From Promethearchaeota archaeon (GTDB lineage Archaea; Asgardarchaeota; Lokiarchaeia; Sigyniarchaeales; Promethearchaeaceae): a stretch of DNA of 32,000 nucleotides. The notes beneath the pieces are model-generated. The model did not search any database, was not told the origin of the DNA, and worked only from the letters and a program-made list of their open reading frames with translations. The stretch covers positions 270,001 to 302,000 of the forward strand of contig JAFGBS010000028.1 of assembly GCA_016933055.1 (NCBI GenBank), written 5' to 3'. This document shows positions 9,472 to 17,924 of this stretch, one piece after another. Every line of letters starts with the position of its first letter. The stretch's first letter is position 1. The translations under genes were made by a program, and so were the position numbers.

Positions 9472-10047
9472 ATGAGCAAAAAAGATTTTACCACCATGTG
9501 GAAAGATAAAATGAATTCTAGTCCACGCACAAGTGTAATTGGTGAATTGAAACAGTTACTTCAGGATAAAAAAGATGAGATAATTGAACTCAATGCCAAA
9601 ATTGGCAAACTAGAAGAAGATGTGTATGATTTAAGCGAAAAAAATCGGAAATTAGAGCAAGATCTAAATCAAAAGGATATGAAGCTCAAGGAGCAAGAGG
9701 ATTTTGTAAGGGACCTAAATATACGATTTGAGATGTTAAATGAAGAGGGTGTACAGATTTCCGACGAAGACGTTCATGAATTCACTCAAATGAAAAAATT
9801 GAAAATGCAGATAAAAGCATTAGAAGACAAATTATATGTATTTGGAGCCCTTGCTGATAGAGTAAAACAACTTGAGGATGAAAACACACAATTGAGGGGA
9901 GTTCAAGAAATAGAGCGCGGAGCTACACCAAGTGCGCCTGGGCAAATCATCCAAGATTTACAGCAGAAAATTGAGACTCAAAACAAGCTTATTGCAGACC
10001 TTAAAACCCAGAATCAAGAAATGAAGGTTATATTGCAAAATAAGTAA
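9472..10047 (+). CDS. Uncharacterised coiled-coil protein
   Basis: 191 aa, E/K/Q/L-rich heptad pattern over nearly the whole length, no TM segment. Confidence 0.75.
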   Translation: MSKKDFTTMWKDKMNSSPRTSVIGELKQLLQDKKDEIIELNAKIGKLEEDVYDLSEKNRKLEQDLNQKDMKLKEQEDFVRDLNIRFEMLNEEGVQISDEDVHEFTQMKKLKMQIKALEDKLYVFGALADRVKQLEDENTQLRGVQEIERGATPSAPGQIIQDLQQKIETQNKLIADLKTQNQEMKVILQNK

Positions 10048-10060
10048 AAATAAAAGAAAA

Positions 10061-10858
10061 TTATTGTCTATAACCAAAGTATAGGTTAAACAATAATATC
10101 ATTCCCATTCGCAGACTAACTTGTACATTTACTAAGGGAATGAAAAATAAATCCCGGTTCCAATTAATTGTATAAAAGATTAATACTATTATTAGGACTG
10201 AGAGCATAAGGATAGCTAGGAATCCCTCAGTAACTCTTCCAATTTTTCTCTCTTGTTCTTCTAGTATTTCAATTAATTCTTCATGAGTTCCCTCATGCTC
10301 GCGCAATCTTGTTTGGATTTTTCTCTTCAATTGCTTTTGATGAATTCTTCTAAAAATTAAACCTATGATGAAAAAAAATACAATGAATATCAGTTCTGTA
10401 ATAGTGTTTGTACTGGAAAACTCTAATGTTTCCGAGAAAACTCCCAATCCCGTCAGCACAACAGTCAATATAAGCAAAGAAAATAGGATTATACGCACAG
10501 TAAATCTGGGAAAATACAAAGGTAGCTCATTTCGAGTTTGAACATATTTCGCTGGATCTTTTATTTCTTTAAGTAATTGAGGTATACTTTTCTCAAATGC
10601 CCGAGCTTCGAAATAGAAAGCTACAACCACAAAAAGTGTGCTGATGTACCATTGCTGGATGGTAATAGGGAATAATGAAGGAAATAATTCATATAAAATT
10701 AACTGGTTCAAGGGAAACGTCACAATTAGCAATGCAATGCATGCACGAACTGTTCCTTCAGGTAGCCCCAGAGGTACACCCACAACATTTTTCTTTTTCA
10801 GCAATCGCTCTTCAAATATCCATAGCAGTAAAAATACTGCTAACAACCAAGTGATCAT
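10061..10858 (-). CDS. Uncharacterised polytopic membrane protein with duplicated PLxxPxxTVR motif
   Basis: About 7 hydrophobic segments. Motifs PLGLPEGTVR and PLYFPRFTVR each precede a TM pair. Confidence 0.75.
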   Translation of the reverse strand: MITWLLAVFLLLWIFEERLLKKKNVVGVPLGLPEGTVRACIALLIVTFPLNQLILYELFPSLFPITIQQWYISTLFVVVAFYFEARAFEKSIPQLLKEIKDPAKYVQTRNELPLYFPRFTVRIILFSLLILTVVLTGLGVFSETLEFSSTNTITELIFIVFFFIIGLIFRRIHQKQLKRKIQTRLREHEGTHEELIEILEEQERKIGRVTEGFLAILMLSVLIIVLIFYTINWNRDLFFIPLVNVQVSLRMGMILLFNLYFGYRQ

Positions 10859-11092
10859 CTTTTCTTATCTCCATCATGATACAAATATCAAATATCTGAT
10901 GAAATCATGGAGATTTGAATAAATAAAGATTTACTACTTGCTGAAAAATCTGTAAATCGTTTTTATAAAGATATTAAGGTCGAAATAGCTATGTCATACA
11001 TCAGTGCTAAAAATATAAAGAGGAACTCCTAGAGACCTATGTACAATCAATCAGTACATACTCGAAAATAGAGTCATAAAAGCATGATGAAA

Positions 11093-11108
11093 ATAAGTAC
11101 TTATATAT
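11093..11108 (+). promoter_or_regulatory. TATA box (TTATATAT, 11101-11108) overlapped by palindrome ATAAGTACTTAT (11093-11104)
   Basis: About 40 bp upstream of the GTPase ATG. The 12-bp palindrome was read directly; its function is inferred. Confidence 0.45.
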
Positions 11109-11147
11109 TCAAAAAACAAGCGCAAGAGACGAATAAGGTTAGCAAGC

Positions 11148-11741
11148 ATGAGAGACACAAGAGATCCGGACTACATCTTTAAAATCTTGATGCTTGGAGA
11201 TGGTTCTGTAGGGAAAACAAGCCTTTCCAAGCATTATATTGAACGTGCTTTTACACCTGATATTCGTCTTACAGTTGGAATTCAATTTTTCATCAAACAA
11301 GAAATTAAAGTAGAAGATAAACGAGTAAAACTACAAATTTGGGATTTTGGAGGGGAAGATCGCTTCCGAATCATGGTCCCAACGCTTTGTTTGGGTAGTC
11401 ATGGCTGTATATTTATGTATGATGTAACTCGTCCATCCACCTTGAATTCACATCATTCGTGGACCTACATTGTCAAAGAACGCTGTGGAAAAGATGTACC
11501 CATCATGCTGGTAGGAAATAAGATTGATCTAGTGGAAAAACGAGCGATCTCTACTGAACATGGGATTGAAGTGGCAAAACGATCGGGATTCACAGGATTT
11601 TCCGAAACATCTGCTAAGGATGGAACAAACGTTGATTCTACTTTTGAAACCATTGCCAGATTAATGGTACAACGCATGCATCGATTAGAAAAAGAAGATC
11701 AATCTAAAGACAAAAAATCAACAGTAATCGTGGGGAAATAG
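11148..11741 (+). CDS. Rab-like small GTPase (Ras superfamily)
   Basis: G1 GDGSVGKTS, G2 TVGIQF, KLQIWDFGGE (G3), G4 NKID, G5 ETSAK. No C-terminal Cys. Confidence 0.95.
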   Translation: MRDTRDPDYIFKILMLGDGSVGKTSLSKHYIERAFTPDIRLTVGIQFFIKQEIKVEDKRVKLQIWDFGGEDRFRIMVPTLCLGSHGCIFMYDVTRPSTLNSHHSWTYIVKERCGKDVPIMLVGNKIDLVEKRAISTEHGIEVAKRSGFTGFSETSAKDGTNVDSTFETIARLMVQRMHRLEKEDQSKDKKSTVIVGK

Positions 11742-11750
11742 GTGATTAAG

Positions 11751-12683
11751 ATGGAACAAGAATATCGTCCAAAATTTTCATCTCTTATCGATTTGTTTGA
11801 GTCGATAAGTGTTGTGGAAAAAGGCATTGAGCAAGTGTATGATTTCTTGTTAAAAACACCCATAGTCGAAGATATAAATGTTCTAGTGGAAACCCTTGAT
11901 CTAAAACCTAAACGTATTTATAAAATTAATTCTGTTTTGAAAGATCTTGGTTTAATCCAAATATATTATCGTCCAATGAAAATCCAATTATTAGATCCTG
12001 TAGATTCATGGGAAAAACTCATTCAAACAAAAATTAACACTATCCAAGAAGAGGCTAGTTCCCGTATAAAATATTGTCATGAATCTCTTGAAAAAATGTT
12101 TTCTGCATATGAACTCGTGAAAACACCGCAAATGTTGGTGGAATTTGTCTCATTTGTTACCCCTGAACTAGATCTAGAAAGTGAATTCTTTACACTAGTT
12201 TCTCAATCTGAATCTTGGATCGCGCATGGAATATTTTATAAGTATGATTATAGTCGCACATTTGAAGCAATAAAAAAGTTCTCCAGCGAATTTCTTACTA
12301 ATATTGCGAAGATGATTAAAACGAATCAGTTCAAAATCCTAGTAAGCGATGATTATCTCGAACAAGTGGATAACCTATTTGAAAAAAATAAAAAATTCAT
12401 CCCCACTTTGGGAAATCTGCTAGATGCAAATCTAAATTTTGATCTGCGGCATACAAATAAACAATTTAGCAATTTTGTCTTAAAAGATCAATCTGTTCTA
12501 ATTCAACCCAGTTTTGATCCCTCAGGGGAAAATTTAATTGGTTGCTTTATATCGAGCCCAAAAGAAATTGTAGAAGTTTTTTCGAATAAATTCAATGAGC
12601 TTTTCAAAGATGCAAAACCTGTTCGACGCAATGAAAAATCTAAACAGGAGCATAATTTTTACCAGATTTTAGCAGCACTTTAG
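11751..12683 (+). CDS. TrmB-like transcriptional regulator (N-terminal wHTH, C-terminal effector domain)
   Basis: KRIYKINSVLKDLGLIQ...P...DP..EKL matches the TrmB wHTH pattern. RBS GGTGA (11741-11745) overlaps the GTPase stop, favouring ATG 11751 over GTG 11742. Confidence 0.65.
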   Translation: MEQEYRPKFSSLIDLFESISVVEKGIEQVYDFLLKTPIVEDINVLVETLDLKPKRIYKINSVLKDLGLIQIYYRPMKIQLLDPVDSWEKLIQTKINTIQEEASSRIKYCHESLEKMFSAYELVKTPQMLVEFVSFVTPELDLESEFFTLVSQSESWIAHGIFYKYDYSRTFEAIKKFSSEFLTNIAKMIKTNQFKILVSDDYLEQVDNLFEKNKKFIPTLGNLLDANLNFDLRHTNKQFSNFVLKDQSVLIQPSFDPSGENLIGCFISSPKEIVEVFSNKFNELFKDAKPVRRNEKSKQEHNFYQILAAL

Positions 12684-12697
12684 GGTCTACATTTACC

Positions 12698-12926
12698 TAA
12701 TCAATATCTATCTGAGTTCTTAAGGCTCCATTGGTAACGTAAACTATGTATTTTTAACGTATTTTCACGTTGAACGTCAACAACCACATCCAACGTAAAA
12801 TCTACTGACCTTTTAGGGTTTAGGCACGCCTACGCTAAAAGCACCTTTTTACGTTCTTGAAAAAGGCTTTTTAGCGTAGTGTATTGAGAAATAGGCTATA
12901 GCATGAAGTGGGATGGATATTGATTA
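12698..12926. mobile_element. MITE-like element 1 (229 bp) with 15-bp terminal inverted repeats
   Basis: Left end TAATCAATATCTATC; right end GATGGATATTGATTA (reverse complement TAATCAATATCCATC), 14/15 match. No ORF. Internal hairpin at 12831-12878. Confidence 0.72.
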
Positions 12927-12990
12927 AGCAAAAAATAGAATTTATGTTTACTGACAAGTATCCACTAGAAAATTCTTAATAAGTAGTCAA

Positions 12991-14820
12991 ATGAACTTTG
13001 AATTTATGAGAGAAAAAAAGGAGAAAATCTATCGATATTTGTTTCTCCTGCCATTTTTACTCTTATTCACAGGGATTATATTATCTAATATTGGCTTTCA
13101 TACCGTTTATGACAGAGTAGAACGTTATTCCGCAAAATATCCTGATAATGACATCCCTATCATTGGTAATATCTATTATCCAAAATGTTCTGTTTATCCT
13201 AAACCACCTGTACTAGTATATATGTCAGGATTTATGATGCAAAAGGACCTAGATCCCCGAATTCCCATGGAATTTTGTAGAAGGGGATTTATGGTGGTAA
13301 GCGTGGATATGCATGGACATGGAGAAATGGGAGGAATATTTGGACCTAAAACATATACCGATGGCAAGAATGCAATTAATTATGTGTATGATTATCTCTC
13401 TGATATTGGAAATACATCACAAGTTGCGGTGGTAGGACATTCGGCAGGTGGTTTGGGAGCTTTAGGATTAAATGACTCCCGTATCCAAGCCATGGTTACT
13501 TGGGCGGCACCAGTCTATTATTCGGAAGAATTAATTGCGAATTTTGAAAGAGAATTTAATCTCTATAATCCCGAAATTGATTTATCTAATCGTACATTGA
13601 TTGAAGAACTTAATGCTAGTGCTCCCTATACAATCATCAGTGAAGCTAACCCTAAAAATTTACTTGCTATACATCATCTTGAAGACCCGTTAGTAAACAT
13701 ATCTCATGCATACGAAATTCAAAATAAAACAAATTGTACATTGATTGTCTTAAATGAAACTGAACAAGGGTATGCCCTTTTAAGTAATATGGATGAAGCG
13801 ACCCATGGATTATTATATGATTCGGTTATGCAAAGCACAATAAATTGGGTTGAAGATAAGCTAAACTTGCATAACGTTCCTATAAATACTGAGTACAAAT
13901 ATATCTCTAAAATGTATATAATTGCAGTAACTATATCCCTATTTAGCTTGATCGCTAGTTCATTTAGTTTCATATATTATTTCTGTAAACATTTTAACGA
14001 TACTCACCGACAACCAGATTTGACATTCACTACTTTCAGAGATCGAGTAGTTCATAAGTACAAAATGGAGAAAAATCCAAAACTAAAATTACTACTACCT
14101 TTTATTTTTGTAACTTTTCTATTCTTCTTAGCATTTATCATAGAATGGACTATTAATACGTTTTCCAGCCCATTTAACATGAATTTGGTATTTTTAATTC
14201 CTTCTATCTTTTTAGGAGCAATCCTTATATTATTTCTTCTAATGGCAAAAATAAAAATAAAAATCGACTTAAAAGGCTTGATTTTTTCAATTTTCTTTAC
14301 AATCTTACTTTTAGGAGGATTTATTTCCTACACGATAGGTTTCCGAACTATTATTATTTATCCTCATCATTTTGTGAATGTATTCTACGCTTTTATTGTA
14401 ATTAGCCCTTATATCATCTTAAGTAGCATTGTTTTATGGAAGGTACTATTTAATTTATTACCCGATATGATTTTTGACCCCATAACCGAATTTACAGAAG
14501 CTGTAATAAACCTTCTTCGCACTAAACTGCTACATAATAATAGCATAAACTTTTCAAATGAACACAATAAGTTAGTGCAGTTACGGTGGAAGGTTATCTA
14601 TATTGTAATCATACAATTACTGTTCAACTTGTTGATTTTTAGCCATCTTCCGTTTACTATTAATATTCTTACTGTTGGTATCCTATTGCTTATTTCGGGA
14701 TTGGGCTCCGCTTTATATTACTATCTGCGGCGTGAGATAACCAGTATGATTCTCTTTAATATATTAATTTTGACTTACTTCTATAGTACGTGTTACTGGT
14801 TTTTCCCAAATTTCCCATGA
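12991..14820 (+). CDS. Membrane-anchored alpha/beta hydrolase with C-terminal multi-TM domain
   Basis: N-terminal TM, nucleophile elbow GHSAGG, candidate Asp (EDPLV) and His (ATHG), and about 7-8 C-terminal hydrophobic helices. Confidence 0.82.
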   Translation: MNFEFMREKKEKIYRYLFLLPFLLLFTGIILSNIGFHTVYDRVERYSAKYPDNDIPIIGNIYYPKCSVYPKPPVLVYMSGFMMQKDLDPRIPMEFCRRGFMVVSVDMHGHGEMGGIFGPKTYTDGKNAINYVYDYLSDIGNTSQVAVVGHSAGGLGALGLNDSRIQAMVTWAAPVYYSEELIANFEREFNLYNPEIDLSNRTLIEELNASAPYTIISEANPKNLLAIHHLEDPLVNISHAYEIQNKTNCTLIVLNETEQGYALLSNMDEATHGLLYDSVMQSTINWVEDKLNLHNVPINTEYKYISKMYIIAVTISLFSLIASSFSFIYYFCKHFNDTHRQPDLTFTTFRDRVVHKYKMEKNPKLKLLLPFIFVTFLFFLAFIIEWTINTFSSPFNMNLVFLIPSIFLGAILILFLLMAKIKIKIDLKGLIFSIFFTILLLGGFISYTIGFRTIIIYPHHFVNVFYAFIVISPYIILSSIVLWKVLFNLLPDMIFDPITEFTEAVINLLRTKLLHNNSINFSNEHNKLVQLRWKVIYIVIIQLLFNLLIFSHLPFTINILTVGILLLISGLGSALYYYLRREITSMILFNILILTYFYSTCYWFFPNFP

Positions 14821-14876
14821 AGAAACATTCTCACAAGTTCATCATGTTTATTTTATCTCATTCACATCTCATCCTA

Positions 14877-15221
14877 ATGAGTTTTGATCCCCTAGCACCT
14901 GAAAATCGATTTGAAGCAGATGATTATAAGCATTTTATTGAAGAATTGCAGCGGATAATATATGAGGTTCCAGCTGGTAAAAGTGGAATGCAAGCAAAAT
15001 TCGCCAAAACTATTAAATACCTCAAAGAAAAACAGAATTTGGTTAAAGGTACTCATGGAAGGGTAATTAATAATGAGGAATTATTCAAACGTTTGTTTGA
15101 AGTGGTAGAAAGGGATTTGGAAGATGCGTCCTATGATGAAAACAAGTTCGAAAATCTTTTAATCTTAACTAAATTGCGAGAATTTATTTCACAAGAGAAG
15201 AAGAGACGACGAATTACTTGA
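14877..15221 (+). CDS. Hypothetical helical protein (114 aa)
   Basis: Charged, protein-like sequence from MSFDPLAPEN. The ORF-track start at 14790 overlaps the previous gene and is probably spurious. Confidence 0.65.
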   Translation: MSFDPLAPENRFEADDYKHFIEELQRIIYEVPAGKSGMQAKFAKTIKYLKEKQNLVKGTHGRVINNEELFKRLFEVVERDLEDASYDENKFENLLILTKLREFISQEKKRRRIT

Positions 15222-15325
15222 ACTTAAGAGTTCTGGGATTTCTATTTCTAATTTATGAACAAATATATATACATACATAGCTAACTTTTGAGCAATACCT
15301 AGACATAAAATGAGGTTCATGAAAA

Positions 15326-16246
15326 TTGGAACATTATCAAGAGCAACCCATAGAAAAACAAAGATGGATCATTCCTACATTTGCATGGGGATCCATGTTA
15401 ATTGCAAGTTCTTCGGGAATCATAATAATTCGAGAATTTGGTATTGATGTCCCATCTTGGTATCCATGGTTTCATGTCGGAGTATTGGGAATTATACTGA
15501 CGTTTTGCTTTTTAATTAAAAAACTTCATCCATTAAGAGCATATGTTGTAATTTTGTTGATACTATTCTTATTGGGATTTGGCGGAGGGTGGAATTGGGG
15601 ATTAATTCCATATGTCAGGAGTACACCAATATGGATCGAGTGGGAAACATCTTCATCATGGGGAATTGAAGCTCTTGGTCTTCATTCATTTCGCCTACTC
15701 CCGGCTCTAGTTATTTTCATATTTTTATTGAGTATCGGAAAAAAACCTCGTGATTTTTATCTCGTGATCGGTAATATCCGATCAGATGCTGAACCTACGA
15801 AAATTATTGGTATGAAGAAACCAGAACCATGGCCGAAGATCGGTTTAATTTTTGCAGGTATTTTCTTTTTAGGGACTTTAATTTTTTCCCTTATTGTTAA
15901 CCCGATAACTTGGGAGCAATTTAAAACAAATTGGTATTTCCTACCAATTGCTTTGATTATTGCTGCAATAAATGCTTTTAATGAAGAATTTTCATTACGG
16001 GCTGCACCCCTATCGCAGTTGTACGGGGTTCTGGGAAAAACACATTCACTTTTAATAACTAGCATCTATTTTGGAATTGGACATTTCTACGGGGTGCCTA
16101 ATGGAATTATAGGGATATTGCTATCGACATTTCTGGGATGGTTTATAGGAAAAAGTTTGATAGAAACTAAGGGAATTTTCTGGGCTTGGTTTATTCATTT
16201 TCTGCCAGACATAGTCATTTTTTCGTTTTACGCTCTTTCCACTTGA
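15326..16246 (+). CDS. CPBP (Abi/CAAX protease-like) intramembrane metalloprotease
   Basis: Motifs NEEFSLR (EExxxR), FGIGH and HFLPD in a multi-TM protein. TTG start with GAGGT upstream. Confidence 0.88.
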   Translation: MEHYQEQPIEKQRWIIPTFAWGSMLIASSSGIIIIREFGIDVPSWYPWFHVGVLGIILTFCFLIKKLHPLRAYVVILLILFLLGFGGGWNWGLIPYVRSTPIWIEWETSSSWGIEALGLHSFRLLPALVIFIFLLSIGKKPRDFYLVIGNIRSDAEPTKIIGMKKPEPWPKIGLIFAGIFFLGTLIFSLIVNPITWEQFKTNWYFLPIALIIAAINAFNEEFSLRAAPLSQLYGVLGKTHSLLITSIYFGIGHFYGVPNGIIGILLSTFLGWFIGKSLIETKGIFWAWFIHFLPDIVIFSFYALST

Positions 16247-16252
16247 TGGAAT

Positions 16253-16270
16253 AATTGATAGTTATCAATT
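16253..16270. terminator. Short inverted repeat between convergent genes, possible bidirectional terminator
   Basis: AATTGATA-GT-TATCAATT lies in the 35-bp gap between two stop codons. Confidence 0.3.
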
Positions 16271-16281
16271 TACGCAAAAAA

Positions 16282-17922
16282 TTATAATTTCTTAGAAGGG
16301 TTGAAAATTAATTTTAGAAAAAATTTCATGGGTTTATAGCAAGTTTTCTTCATTTTTTTTCCATTTATGTAAGTTTGCGAAACAACAATATTTAGTAGTT
16401 CAGTTGGACTAATTTGAAAGGGATCTTTAGGAAGAATAATGAAATCCGCACATTTACCCAGTTCTAACGTACCACGTTCGTCTTCTTCAAAAGTTGCATA
16501 AGCTCCATTATAAGTATAAGTTCTTAGTGCTTCATACACGGATATTCGCTCGGATTCTATCGGAAAGTTTACCATCCCGTGGATTTGTAACCACGGATCT
16601 AAATATTGCACAGGACTATCAGAAGAACCGCAGACAATTCCTCCAGTCTCGATAATGGTCTTCAAGGGAGTCTGTCTTTTTACAACCTCTTGCTCAAGAT
16701 ATTTCTGATAGGTATTCATTCCAGGATAATTTGCATCGATCCAATTGAATCCGGGCTGAGGGACGACTAATAAACCCAATTTATTTATTGCTTTTTCTAC
16801 GGCATCCTTGGATGGAAATTCAAAATGATCGATTCTGTGGCGATATTTATTATCGGTGTCATTGAATTCTTCCATAAGTTGTGAATACGCTGCAATTAAT
16901 TCATCGATAGCTCTGGTTCCTATTGCGTGAGAAGTAATTTGCGCACCCAGGGAATGGGCTTTTCTCATTAGGGGGAGTAAATCCTCTTTTGTTAATAATA
17001 GACTTCCATAGTTGTTCGGCTCTCCCCGATAAGGGATATCGAATGCTGCTGTTTTGGCTCCGACTGCACCATCCATATCCCAAGCACCGCATCCTCCAAT
17101 GCGCTTTGTTCGCATTTTGCGGAAAAATGGCGAAAGTTTTGAAATGTCTCGTATTTGAGGATATAATCGTAATTTTAACGGAATTTTGTTCCCAAAGAGT
17201 TTTAAAAATTTTAAGCTTATATCTTTAGTGGGATCTGCTTGGAAGCCATCTAAACAATGTATTCCTACTAAGCCCATTGCAATTGCATCATTTATAGTTT
17301 TTTGAAGTCCCTCGAGCAGATATTTAATGGTAAGATTATCAGTAAATAATTTTACTATCTTATCCATGTCAAATTCTTCCATATCTTCATTTAAAATTCC
17401 ATCATGTTCATCCGGGTTCAATCCTAACTTCTTTAAAACTAAAGATGAGAGTGAGACTGAATGTCCATCAATCGCAATAAAAGTAATTAATCGATTTGGA
17501 GCCCATTCATCAATTTCCATATGAGTAGGTAAACGATCCTCTCGAATTGATGGAATTATATAATTGTTAAATATGATAGGTTTGGAAGCTGGTGTATTTT
17601 CTACCGTACGGACAACAAGATCTTTCACCCCTTCAAGAGTATTGGGATTAAAGTGATTATTCTCATATACTGAGACTGGAGTGCTTAATACATTAATTGC
17701 AGCAGTCATAATAAAATGAACGTGACTGTCAATCAATCCGGGAAGAATAGTCTGATTTTGGGCGTTAATTACCTTTCTCGCGATTTGATTATGGTCTTCA
17801 TTCGGAGGATTTTTTGAATATAATTGTGAGATTTTCCCTTTCAAAACACTCATGGCAGCAAATTTTTCACCCTCTTGTGAAAGAGTGTATATATGGGCAT
17901 TGTAGATCAGTAAATCATCCAT
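16282..17922 (-). CDS. Amidohydrolase family 3 (YtcJ-like) metal-dependent hydrolase
   Basis: PGLIDSHVH, DG..GAKTA, HAIG, RIDHFE, GSSDSP, GTLELGKCADF. Confidence 0.9.
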   Translation of the reverse strand: MDDLLIYNAHIYTLSQEGEKFAAMSVLKGKISQLYSKNPPNEDHNQIARKVINAQNQTILPGLIDSHVHFIMTAAINVLSTPVSVYENNHFNPNTLEGVKDLVVRTVENTPASKPIIFNNYIIPSIREDRLPTHMEIDEWAPNRLITFIAIDGHSVSLSSLVLKKLGLNPDEHDGILNEDMEEFDMDKIVKLFTDNLTIKYLLEGLQKTINDAIAMGLVGIHCLDGFQADPTKDISLKFLKLFGNKIPLKLRLYPQIRDISKLSPFFRKMRTKRIGGCGAWDMDGAVGAKTAAFDIPYRGEPNNYGSLLLTKEDLLPLMRKAHSLGAQITSHAIGTRAIDELIAAYSQLMEEFNDTDNKYRHRIDHFEFPSKDAVEKAINKLGLLVVPQPGFNWIDANYPGMNTYQKYLEQEVVKRQTPLKTIIETGGIVCGSSDSPVQYLDPWLQIHGMVNFPIESERISVYEALRTYTYNGAYATFEEDERGTLELGKCADFIILPKDPFQISPTELLNIVVSQTYINGKKMKKTCYKPMKFFLKLIFNPSKKL

Positions 17923-17924
17923 TT

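Noticed and set aside
11148-16246. Functional link between the Rab-like GTPase and the CPBP/CAAX-like protease (prenyl processing)
   Set aside because: The GTPase has no C-terminal Cys, and CPBP proteases are widespread in prokaryotes.
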